From positions 34,598 to 98,597 of the forward strand of contig JAZSBL010000023.1 in NCBI GenBank assembly GCA_045602385.1: DNA of 64,000 nt, written 5' to 3'. Positions 17,045-24,555 of the stretch are shown here, piece by piece; the stretch's first letter is position 1, and every line of letters starts with the position of its first letter. Source of the stretch: Eubacteriales bacterium (GTDB lineage Bacteria > Bacillota > Clostridia > Oscillospirales > CAG-272). The position numbers and the translations under genes were made by a program. The notes under the pieces were generated by a model that made no database searches, was not told the DNA's origin, and was given only the letters and a program-made list of their open reading frames with translations.

Positions 17045-17620
17045 TTACTTAATGATCTCGCCGTAAACCTCGCCGAATGCGCAAGCTGCGTTGCACTCGT
17101 CGGTATCGATATGCATAGCGAAGGCGTACGCGTCGGAAACGCGGCAAACTACGTCGTCAAAGATAGTAGTTCTGTCGCTGTCGATCTTAACCTTAACGAT
17201 CTGCTTATCTGCGATACCCATCTCGTTTGCGGTAGCGGTATCAAAGTGAATATGGCGCTTTGCGATGATGCAGCCCTCGGAAATATCAAACTCACCCGCG
17301 GGGCCTACCATTTTAACACCGGGAGTGCCTGCAACGTCACCGGATTCACGAACCGGAACGGCCTTAAGACCGAGAACGCGCGCATCGGTAAAGGAAAGCT
17401 CTACCTGATTTGCCTTTCTCGTAGGACCGAGAACCGAAAGCATAAGCTCGCCCTTAGGACCAACGACCTTGATCTTATCGTTAGCTGCAGCGAACTGATC
17501 GGGCTGGGAGAGCATCTTCTTGGGCTCGAGCTTTGCGCCCTCACCGTAAAGAGCCGCAACAGCCTCATCTGTCAAGTGAATGTGTCTTGCGCTTGTTTCA
17601 ACAAGAACCTTTTTTGACAT
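17045..17620 (-). CDS. pduL: phosphate propanoyl/acetyl-transferase PduL
   Basis: VETSARHIHLTDE...IIAKRHIHFD...AMHIDTDE are the duplicated PduL signature segments. 191 aa. Confidence 0.88.
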   Translation of the reverse strand: MSKKVLVETSARHIHLTDEAVAALYGEGAKLEPKKMLSQPDQFAAANDKIKVVGPKGELMLSVLGPTRKANQVELSFTDARVLGLKAVPVRESGDVAGTPGVKMVGPAGEFDISEGCIIAKRHIHFDTATANEMGIADKQIVKVKIDSDRTTIFDDVVCRVSDAYAFAMHIDTDECNAACAFGEVYGEIIK

Positions 17621-17803
17621 AGTTGTTACCTCACTTTATATTGTTTTTTTAAATTTTTTCGTCAACAGGGCATAGTTACCCCATTCGGATACATTATATC
17701 ACTTTTTTCGTGCTTTGTAAAGATTATTTTTGAATAAATGTATAAGATTAGATGCAATTTTTCTTGGCAATACTTATAAACAACGAAGTTCGTGGAGAAA
17801 AAT

Positions 17804-18499
17804 ATGGATAACGAGAAAAGAGATACAAAAAAAGAGGAGAATATTGACAAGATAGAGGAGATAAGCGAGAGCGGCGGCATAACCGCAAGGGGCGGGGGAG
17901 TGAACATTCACTGCCTTTCTATCATAGGCCAGATAGAGGGGCACTACATGCTGCCTGAGGGGCAAAAGGCTACGAAATACGAGCATATAATCCCGATGCT
18001 TGTATCTGTCGAGCAGGACGAGGAGATAGACGGGCTTTTAGTCCTTCTCAACACGATGGGCGGTGACGTTGAGGCGGGGCTGGCGATTGCAGAGGTCATC
18101 GCATCAATGACAAAGCCTACTGTGTCGGTGGTGCTTGGCGGCGGTCACTCGATAGGCGTGCCGCTTGCGGTGTCGGGCAAGCGCTCCTTTATCGTGCCGA
18201 GCGCGACTATGATGATACATCCCGTCAGAATGAACGGGCTTGTCGTCGGTGTTCCGCAGAGCTTTACCTATTTTAAGGAAATGCAGAGGCGGATTGTTGA
18301 TTTTATCTGCACACACAGCAGGGCAAATCCAAACAAGATCGAGGAGCTTATGATGCGCCCCGACATGCTTGCTACCGACGTTGGCTCAATAATTGAGGGC
18401 AGAGAAGCGGTGGAATACGGTATAATCGACGAGGTGGGCGGGCTTGACCGCGCGCTGGAGTGTTTGCGAGAGATGATAAAGGAGCAATCAAGCAAATGA
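17804..18499 (+). CDS. ClpP-fold serine protease paralog, TepA-like
   Basis: IIGQIEGH...LLNTMGGDVEAGLAIAEVI...GGGHSIGVPLAV...MMIHPVR resembles the B. subtilis TepA (YmfB) family. Start moved to ATG 17804 (SD GGAG 7 nt upstream). Confidence 0.8.
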   Translation: MDNEKRDTKKEENIDKIEEISESGGITARGGGVNIHCLSIIGQIEGHYMLPEGQKATKYEHIIPMLVSVEQDEEIDGLLVLLNTMGGDVEAGLAIAEVIASMTKPTVSVVLGGGHSIGVPLAVSGKRSFIVPSATMMIHPVRMNGLVVGVPQSFTYFKEMQRRIVDFICTHSRANPNKIEELMMRPDMLATDVGSIIEGREAVEYGIIDEVGGLDRALECLREMIKEQSSK

Positions 18500-18502
18500 T
18501 AC

Positions 18503-18545
18503 AAAAACGGCAGAGGAGTGCATCCTCTGCCGTGTGTTTTTGTTT
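18503..18545. terminator. bidirectional terminator
   Basis: CGGCAGAGGA-gtgca-TCCTCTGCCG flanked by an A-run and a T-run, between convergent genes. Confidence 0.8.
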
Positions 18546-19979
18546 TTATTCTTCTATTTTGGGTTCGTTCTTCTTTGCGAAATGCTCGCGTGTGGTCTTT
18601 ACGACTACGCCTGAAAGGGCGATGAGCGCGATGAGGTTAGGAACTGCCATAAGCGCATTGAAACAGTCTGTTATCTTCCAAACGATGCTAAGCTCTGCTA
18701 CCGAACCTATGAATACGAAAATAACGTATACAGCTCTATATGCAAGAACTGCCGCGCGTCTGTGCTTGGGGAAGACATAGCCTGCGCAAACCTCGCCGTA
18801 GTAAGCCCATCCGAGAATCGTTGAGAGTGCGAAGAACACGGTTGCAACGGAAATAATGATCGTTCCAACGTAGGGCAATGCCTCGCCAAATGCGGCACTG
18901 CTAAGAGATGCACCGTTAACCTGTACAGCGCTCTCTCCAAACGCAAGAAACTCACCCGCGGATTGTGTATAAACGTTGGATGTCAGAACCACGAGAGCGG
19001 ACATCGTGCAGATGATGATCGTGGTAAAGAACACTTCAAACACGCCCCAGAAGCCTTGCTTTGCGGGATCCTTTGTGCTGGATGCCGCGTGCGCGATAGG
19101 TGCGCTACCGAGACCTGCCTCATTTGAGAATACTCCGCGATTGACACCTGTCCTCATTGCCGAGAGAATGCTGTAACCTGCAACTCCGCCGAACGCCGCC
19201 TTGAAGTTGAATGCCTCTCTGAATATAAGAGCGAATGCCTCGGGGATCTTTTCTGCGTTAAATATGAGAGCCACGATTGCGGAAATAATAAACAGGACCG
19301 CCATAACGGGAACGAGCTTCTCGTTGATGGATGCGATTCTCTTTACTCCACCGAGGATTACTACTGCAACGATGATTGTGAGGATGATACCGGTTATCCA
19401 CGTTGCAACGCCGAAGTTCTTATTGAAAACGTCGGATATCGAGTTTGACTGTGTTGCGTTACCCGTACCGATACAAGCGATCATTGCAAAGATTGCAAAC
19501 ATTGTCGCAAGCCAGCCCCACTTTTTGCCAAGGCCGTTCTTGATGTAGTACATCGGGCCGCCCATGTATGCGCCTTCCTCGTTTGTTTCTCTATACTTAA
19601 GAGAGAGAACTATCTCGGAATATTTTGTGACCATACCGAGGAGCGCGCTGACCCACATCCAGAAAACCGCACCGGGTCCGCCGATGACGAGAGCGGTTGC
19701 GATACCTGCGATGCTACCCGTGCCGATAGTTCCTGCCAAAGCGGTTGTTACCGCCTGGAAGGGGCTGACGCTTCCTGCCTCCTTCTTGTGAAGGTTCTTG
19801 TCGAAGAGCGTTCCGATTGTGTTTTTCATTGTGTAGCCGAAGCGACGGAACTGCAAAAATCCTGATTTGATCGAAAGGAAAAGGCCGCCTGCAATCAAAA
19901 GCACCATCATTGCGATGCTGAGAATGTTGCTATAAACAAAGTTAAGGCCGCTTTCCATTAATGCAATTATCTGATCCAA
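18546..19979 (-). CDS. alanine/glycine:cation symporter (AGCS family)
   Basis: 477 aa. SPFQAVTTALAGTIGTGSIAGIATA and GGPGAVFWMW motifs. TTG start 19979 is supported by AAGGAG 7 nt upstream. Confidence 0.88.
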   Translation of the reverse strand: MDQIIALMESGLNFVYSNILSIAMMVLLIAGGLFLSIKSGFLQFRRFGYTMKNTIGTLFDKNLHKKEAGSVSPFQAVTTALAGTIGTGSIAGIATALVIGGPGAVFWMWVSALLGMVTKYSEIVLSLKYRETNEEGAYMGGPMYYIKNGLGKKWGWLATMFAIFAMIACIGTGNATQSNSISDVFNKNFGVATWITGIILTIIVAVVILGGVKRIASINEKLVPVMAVLFIISAIVALIFNAEKIPEAFALIFREAFNFKAAFGGVAGYSILSAMRTGVNRGVFSNEAGLGSAPIAHAASSTKDPAKQGFWGVFEVFFTTIIICTMSALVVLTSNVYTQSAGEFLAFGESAVQVNGASLSSAAFGEALPYVGTIIISVATVFFALSTILGWAYYGEVCAGYVFPKHRRAAVLAYRAVYVIFVFIGSVAELSIVWKITDCFNALMAVPNLIALIALSGVVVKTTREHFAKKNEPKIEE

Positions 19980-20252
19980 AGATTTATCTCCTTGTGTTTT
20001 AGATTATGCGATCCCGAGGTGCAAATTTTTATCAAATTCGACTCCGCGCGACGACACCGGATAAAATTATATCATATTAATATAAATATATCAAGAGGAA
20101 TTTTCATTTTAAAGAAAAAAGTGTCAAAATTTACAAAAAGACGCGCCAATTTAGCTATATATATAACAAATATGAAGAAAATATCCGCCAAAAACACAAA
20201 AAAGGCACGGTTATTCACCGTGCCTGTGTTATCAAGCGTTGATTGTTGAGGC

Positions 20253-21464
20253 CTACACACTCGCCTTTTCGGTCTTGCGGACCTCGTTTAGTCTGTCAAG
20301 GAAGCAGACCCATTTTACGGTTGAATTGGGTTCTGCGGGCGTGACGTAAACGAGCTTGTTGTTTATGTATATATCAAAGTGGTCGCCGGGGGATACGGGA
20401 AAGGCGCCAATCTTTTCGGGCTGTATACTGAATTCTATCGGCTCGCCGTGGAGCGTTCCCGAAATCTTGAATATATCCTTGTCCATATAGACCTCGCCCT
20501 CGCCCGCGTTTGAGTCCATAAAGCCGTCCTTTCCGCAGCAGCCGAGGATCGCCTTAGTGGAAAGGAATTCGGTCTCTACGTCTATGGTGCTTTGCTGCCA
20601 CTCGAACCACTCGTTTACGCGCTCAAATGGAGCATTGTGAAGACGGTAGAAGGAGTCGAGGGTGGCGTCAAGTCCGCACTCGCAGCGGATATGGCCCTCT
20701 GACGCCGTGATAGTGCCTTCCTTAAGACATTTGGGGCACTTGAAGAGTATTCTGTCAACGCCGCGGGATATATCCTTGCTCTTGTATTCCACGCCTGCCA
20801 TTGCAAGCTCGTCGTCGTTTTCTATTGCCCTCGCGGTGATCTCGCGTATCTCGTCCACGCTCGCCTTGGCGACCTCGTCGGCGGTGAGCAGGCGCTTTAC
20901 GCTTGAGTGTATTTTGCCCTGTCTGCTGTCGCCCTTGTCGCGCCATTTCGGAAATGTGAGGTATGCGCCCTCTGCCTTCCATGCGTAAAGGTCAACGCCA
21001 AGTCTTTTGATAAGCTCTGCCGTTCCGTCCGCTACGGGAAGCGTATGGCCGTAGCAGGAAAGTCTGCCTTCGGCGAAGATCACAAGCACCGCGCCCTCCT
21101 TCTTTGCTCTCATCACATTTCTGATGGTGGAGATATCCGCGCAGAACATCTTCTTCGTTATAACGTGCATGAGCTTTAAGAGCCTTGCGGTGGATGGGAT
21201 ACGTGTAAAATGCTCGCTGACTATGTAGGTCGGGCGCACGGGGTAGAGCGTCATACCCGAGATCATGTGGTCCTCGTCCGAGGTGTGTGTTGCCACGATG
21301 ATTGCGGGGCCTTTGATGTCCTTTACTATTTCGTTATCGTAGGTTATTCCGTATTTCTTTGTGTACTTCGGCTTAAGATATGCGCATGCCGCAGCGTAGA
21401 AAATAGGATTGACCTTGCCTATACGCTTTTCCGACTTCTTTTTGGCGTTTTTGTTCTTATTCAT
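20253..21464 (-). CDS. lysophospholipid (PlsC-type) acyltransferase-family protein with C-terminal Cys4 segment
   Basis: HTSDED is the HX4D motif and FAEGRLS is FPEG-like. CPKC...CECG lies in the C-terminal half. ATG 21464 (MNKNKN) is preferred over GTG 21476; the start is uncertain. Confidence 0.75.
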   Translation of the reverse strand: MNKNKNAKKKSEKRIGKVNPIFYAAACAYLKPKYTKKYGITYDNEIVKDIKGPAIIVATHTSDEDHMISGMTLYPVRPTYIVSEHFTRIPSTARLLKLMHVITKKMFCADISTIRNVMRAKKEGAVLVIFAEGRLSCYGHTLPVADGTAELIKRLGVDLYAWKAEGAYLTFPKWRDKGDSRQGKIHSSVKRLLTADEVAKASVDEIREITARAIENDDELAMAGVEYKSKDISRGVDRILFKCPKCLKEGTITASEGHIRCECGLDATLDSFYRLHNAPFERVNEWFEWQQSTIDVETEFLSTKAILGCCGKDGFMDSNAGEGEVYMDKDIFKISGTLHGEPIEFSIQPEKIGAFPVSPGDHFDIYINNKLVYVTPAEPNSTVKWVCFLDRLNEVRKTEKASV

Positions 21465-21686
21465 AATGCATCTCACAGTAAGTTATTTGCGCTGTGCGCC
21501 TGTGGTTATTATAGCATTTTGGGGTGGGGTTGTCAATATGTTTTGCGGTTGTGTTGGAATGTTGTTCATAATATGAAATTTTCACCGCCGTGGGATAAGC
21601 GTTGGACTTGTGAGAACACCGCCCGAGTTCGGGCGCGGGCACTGCCCGCCCGCGAGTCTACGAGTTCAAGAAGCGGCTTGCGCAAA

Positions 21687-21724
21687 AGAAATAAGCCGAT
21701 GGGAAATCCCATCGGCTTATTTCT
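21687..21724. terminator. strong bidirectional hairpin
   Basis: AAATAAGCCGATGGG-aaat-CCCATCGGCTTATTT, about 120 nt downstream of the 21844 gene stop. Confidence 0.75.
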
Positions 21725-21843
21725 GTGAGTAATCTAAAATTTTGATACCATTTCAAAATGGGTGCAAATTTTAGTGTTATGGGTGCATTTTCCTATTAGG
21801 CTTTGCCCCCATTTTCTATTTAAATTAAAATCACCTATCAAGT

Positions 21844-22920
21844 TTATTTATCAAATACAAAAATATAGTTTTGATCTGACCAAGTTGCAAAGGAAAAATC
21901 TTTTGCTATGTAGAAATCCTCAAACTGAAGCTCGCCATTATCCTTTGCTCGAAGCTGATAGCAGTCGTGCACCTCTCTGTCAATACGACCGCCCATGACT
22001 TCTTTTTCCAAGTTAACAACAAAGGCATTGGGGTTCTCCTTCATATCGTCAAGATCGAACGCAAAACCTATTGTGTATCTCGACAGAACGAACGCGGTAT
22101 TTTTATCTACATTAAGCCACTCACCGTTCACACACGTATAAACACCTTCAGGTAAAACATATGTGTTGTCGTCCCAGAAATACTTAAGTTCGCTGGTAGA
22201 AGTGAAGGTAACTGTATCACCAACCTGCGTTACCTTTGCACATACTTGAGTGGATTCTGTGTTGTAATTGTAGAGACTGTTTATAGTATAGCTCTTACTC
22301 TTAGTCTGAAGAGTTTCAATAATAGTAGCAACCTCTTCATTGCTCATATCAGATGTGTTTTCTCTTACTTTTGAAACAGCACCGCCGATAGCTCCAATGA
22401 CAATCATGGCAACAATGACGATAACTGAAAGCAAAGCCTCTTTACGGGGCGACGATACGATAGTGCCCTTTTCACCGAGCTTTTTTTCTAATCTTAAGTG
22501 CTTAATAAGTCTTACAACAATTTCGGCAGGCACGAGATAAAAAGCAACCACTGCAACTAAAAGCGCTACCGCGCACTTCATAAACGGACCGACTAAAACA
22601 GAATCAATTTTGCTTACGTCTCTTTTGTTTCCATACTGATCAATCTCGTACTCCTTGTATTGAAAATCGAATAAGGAACCAAATCCCGAGAACCAAAATT
22701 TGAGAATGAGAGGTCCGCACCAAGTTACAATAAGAGCGAGCATTGGAATGCTTCCCAAGGGACCCGCGCCAAATGCATTAAGCACAATGCTTAAGGCGGC
22801 CCCCACCAAACCTATGAAGAATAGAAGAAACCTTTTCTTGAAGGCGTCAAGGTTATCTTCCAACTTGTAGCGCACGTCCGCAAGATGCTGATCTTCTTTG
22901 TAGTCAATTGTGTCTTCCAT
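21844..22920 (-). CDS. multi-pass membrane protein with C-terminal extracytoplasmic domain, function unknown
   Basis: Start moved to ATG 22920 (MEDTIDYKED, SD CAGGAGGAAAAA). Four hydrophobic segments, then a ~190-aa soluble domain. Confidence 0.7.
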   Translation of the reverse strand: MEDTIDYKEDQHLADVRYKLEDNLDAFKKRFLLFFIGLVGAALSIVLNAFGAGPLGSIPMLALIVTWCGPLILKFWFSGFGSLFDFQYKEYEIDQYGNKRDVSKIDSVLVGPFMKCAVALLVAVVAFYLVPAEIVVRLIKHLRLEKKLGEKGTIVSSPRKEALLSVIVIVAMIVIGAIGGAVSKVRENTSDMSNEEVATIIETLQTKSKSYTINSLYNYNTESTQVCAKVTQVGDTVTFTSTSELKYFWDDNTYVLPEGVYTCVNGEWLNVDKNTAFVLSRYTIGFAFDLDDMKENPNAFVVNLEKEVMGGRIDREVHDCYQLRAKDNGELQFEDFYIAKDFSFATWSDQNYIFVFDK

Positions 22921-23194
22921 TGTTTTTCCTCCTGAAAATGAAATAAAAAATGCGGCAACCGAAGTTAACCGCATCGAAAAACGCAAACTCCGATTGTCGC
23001 TACACAAACTGAAGATAGAATTAGAGTATCTCTACCATAATCACTTCGTGGAATTTGCGATTTTACCAAATTCATAAAAGTAATTATGGCGAAAAAAGGG
23101 TATAATTATCCCATAAAAGAAAAAAATACCGCCAATTCTAACTATTCAGTTTGTGTAGCATACTCATTATACACCTTTTAAATAAATATTTCAA
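22921..23194 (-). promoter_or_regulatory. promoter plus 239-nt structured leader with terminator for the 21844-22920 gene
   Basis: TTGAAA (23194-23189), 17 nt, TATAAT (23171-23166). The transcript would begin at a 15-bp perfect long-range stem GCUACACAAACUGAA (23159-23145) / UUCAGUUUGUGUAGC (23013-22999). The hairpin AUGCGGUUAAC-uucg-GUUGCCGCAU plus UUUUUUAUUU (22974-22941) sits just before the SD. Confidence 0.55.
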
Positions 23195-23234
23195 TAGTTT
23201 TTGGACAGAAAAAGAGAAGAATTTATAAAAAGAT

Positions 23235-23286
23235 ATAAATTGAACGATACCCCATAAATTGAACGAAAGGGGTATAAAATGAACGA
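23235..23286. repeat. three direct 13-bp repeats ATAAA(T)TGAACGA spaced 19-20 bp
   Basis: Copies at 23235-23247, 23254-23266 and 23274-23286, at about -75 to -127 from the predicted TSS at 23159. Confidence 0.8.
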
Positions 23287-23350
23287 TTTACATTTTACAA
23301 ATAAAAACAAAAAGGCTTGCAAGGACGAAGCTATCCTTACAAACCATACA

Positions 23351-23524
23351 GATTTAATGAAATCCTGCTTTGCAGGATGAAATCCAAACAAGTTTGGATG
23401 AAATCTTCGGCGTGCCGCCACAGATGAAATCAAATCCGCCACTTTTGAACCTTGCGAGGCAAGATTTCATCACAAAGTGATTTCATCCACGAAGTGGATT
23501 TATTCCGCAGAAGGCGGATTTAGT
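23351..23524. repeat. array of eight ATGAAATC / GATTTCAT motifs (4 direct + 4 inverted) separated by short hairpins
   Basis: ATGAAATC at 23357, 23377, 23398 and 23424. GATTTCAT, GATTTCAT, GATTTATT and GATTTAGT at 23463, 23479, 23497 and 23517. Intervening palindromes include ATCCTGC-ttt-GCAGGAT, ATCCAAA-caag-TTTGGAT, ATCAC-aaa-GTGAT and ATCCAC-gaag-GTGGAT. Confidence 0.85.
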
Positions 23525-23526
23525 TG

Positions 23527-23564
23527 AAAAAGACTCAAGATTGTATCCAATCCCGAGTCTTTTT
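23527..23564. terminator. terminator immediately 3' of tRNA-Leu (bidirectional form)
   Basis: AAAAAGACTC-18 nt-GAGTCTTTTT. Confidence 0.7.
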
Positions 23565-23565
23565 C

Positions 23566-23650
23566 TGGTGCGGAAGACGGGACTTGAACCCGTACAGTGT
23601 GAACTACACGCCCCTCAAACGTGCGCGTCTGCCAGTTCCGCCACTTCCGC
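23566..23650 (-). tRNA. tRNA-Leu (anticodon GAG), class II with long variable arm, encoded CCA
   Basis: Manual cloverleaf of GCGGAAGUGGCGGAACUGGCAGACGCGCACGUUUGAGGGGCGUGUAGUUCACACUGUACGGGUUCAAGUCCCGUCUUCCGCACCA. Acceptor GCGGAAG/CUUCCGC, anticodon stem CACGU/GCGUG, loop UU-GAG-GG, T-arm ACGGG-UUCAAGU-CCCGU. Closely parallels E. coli tRNA-Leu. Confidence 0.92.
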
Positions 23651-23727
23651 ATATAAAACACCTTTATTTTGTTACTCGAAGAAGGTCTCCGAGGGTTCTT
23701 TCGGCATCTCTGCCGCGAACATTTGAT

Positions 23728-23756
23728 ATTATACACTACAAAGTGCGGTTTGTCAA
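23728..23756 (-). promoter_or_regulatory. consensus promoter for tRNA-Leu
   Basis: TTGACA (23756-23751), 17 nt, TATAAT (23733-23728), about 70 nt upstream of the mature 5' end. Confidence 0.7.
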
Positions 23757-23862
23757 TACCTTTTTGCAAAAAAAATAAAAATATTTTTTGTGGCTTTTTC
23801 TTGTGCACAAAAGTGAACACCCTCGACCTTTTTTTGGCGGTAGAGGGTGTTCGCGGACATAC

Positions 23863-24537
23863 TTAGTCAACTATTCTGAATCCTGCGGTTTCGGTAACCG
23901 GGAGCGCGAATACTATCGGATGCGCGCCGTCTGCGTAGGTATAACCGGCGATCGCCTTCATAATATCGGATCTGATCTCCTTTTTCGCGACTATGTACGT
24001 GATCTCCTTTTCATCGGAGATCGCCATTCCGAAGAATTTGTCGGTTCCCGCCGATGCGGTGCCCTTGGCCTTTACTATTGTGCCGCCGCGCGCGCCCGCT
24101 TCGCGAGCCGCGTTCATTATCTCGTCGCTGTGGCCCTTGGCGCAAATCGAAACTATAAGCTCCATATCTATTTTCCTTTCGTCACTTGTGTTTTGAATGT
24201 TTTCCTCGTCTGCACCCTTGAGTATGTGATCAAGTACACGTCTTGATGCGAGTGCCGAGAGGGGAATCGCCATTGCTATTCCTCTGTCCGGGCGGTCTAT
24301 TTCCATTTCGCGGACAAGTCCACGCTTAAGCTCTGCGAGCTTATTGTGCGGGACGAGTGACTGCATCAGCATCTTCTCGCTCTTTTCAAGTCCGAGGAGT
24401 CCGAGCGTCTTTGAGTTAGCCGCGCCCTGACATATAGAGCTGTATATAGGAGCCGCGCCGTGTGAGCGGTAGAATTCCGAAAATTCATTCTCGTCGGTCT
24501 TTTTGACAATCGTCATAAAGAGATATATGTTTTGCAT
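23863..24537 (-). CDS. tandem P-II-like signal-transduction protein
   Basis: 224 aa with two P-II-like halves. The second half, ELIVSICAKGHSDEIMNAAREAGARGGTIVKAKGT...KFFGMAISDEKEITYIV...IVFALPV, has the P-II beta-alpha-beta pattern. 18 nt downstream of the DUF1538 gene. Confidence 0.7.
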   Translation of the reverse strand: MQNIYLFMTIVKKTDENEFSEFYRSHGAAPIYSSICQGAANSKTLGLLGLEKSEKMLMQSLVPHNKLAELKRGLVREMEIDRPDRGIAMAIPLSALASRRVLDHILKGADEENIQNTSDERKIDMELIVSICAKGHSDEIMNAAREAGARGGTIVKAKGTASAGTDKFFGMAISDEKEITYIVAKKEIRSDIMKAIAGYTYADGAHPIVFALPVTETAGFRIVD

Positions 24538-24555
24538 ATTTCGTGGCTCCTTTCT

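Noticed and set aside
21560-21724. Small RNA or tRNA-like fragment (GC hairpins CGCCCG-agtt-CGGGCG and GCGGGC-act-GCCCGC, a GTTCAAG T-loop-like motif, strong terminator)
   Set aside because: No cloverleaf can be drawn and there is no convincing promoter. The hairpins may simply belong to the 3' UTR and terminator region of the 21844 gene.
22999-23159. 161-bp MITE (15-26 bp terminal inverted repeats)
   Set aside because: No target-site duplication flanks it. The right repeat coincides with the predicted TSS of a good promoter, and a terminator plus SD follows, so an RNA-leader interpretation fits better. A MITE cannot be fully excluded without genome-wide copies.
23191-23442. 83-aa minus ORF (and ORFs at 23500-23866) around tRNA-Leu
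   Set aside because: They overlap the tRNA, its terminator and the repeat arrays. Their apparent periodicity (RFHP/GFHP) is simply the translated DNA repeat. No SD is present.
23351-23524. Mini-CRISPR array
   Set aside because: The repeats are only 8-10 bp with 8-18 bp 'spacers' that are themselves palindromes. Half of the repeats are inverted, and there are no cas genes in the window.
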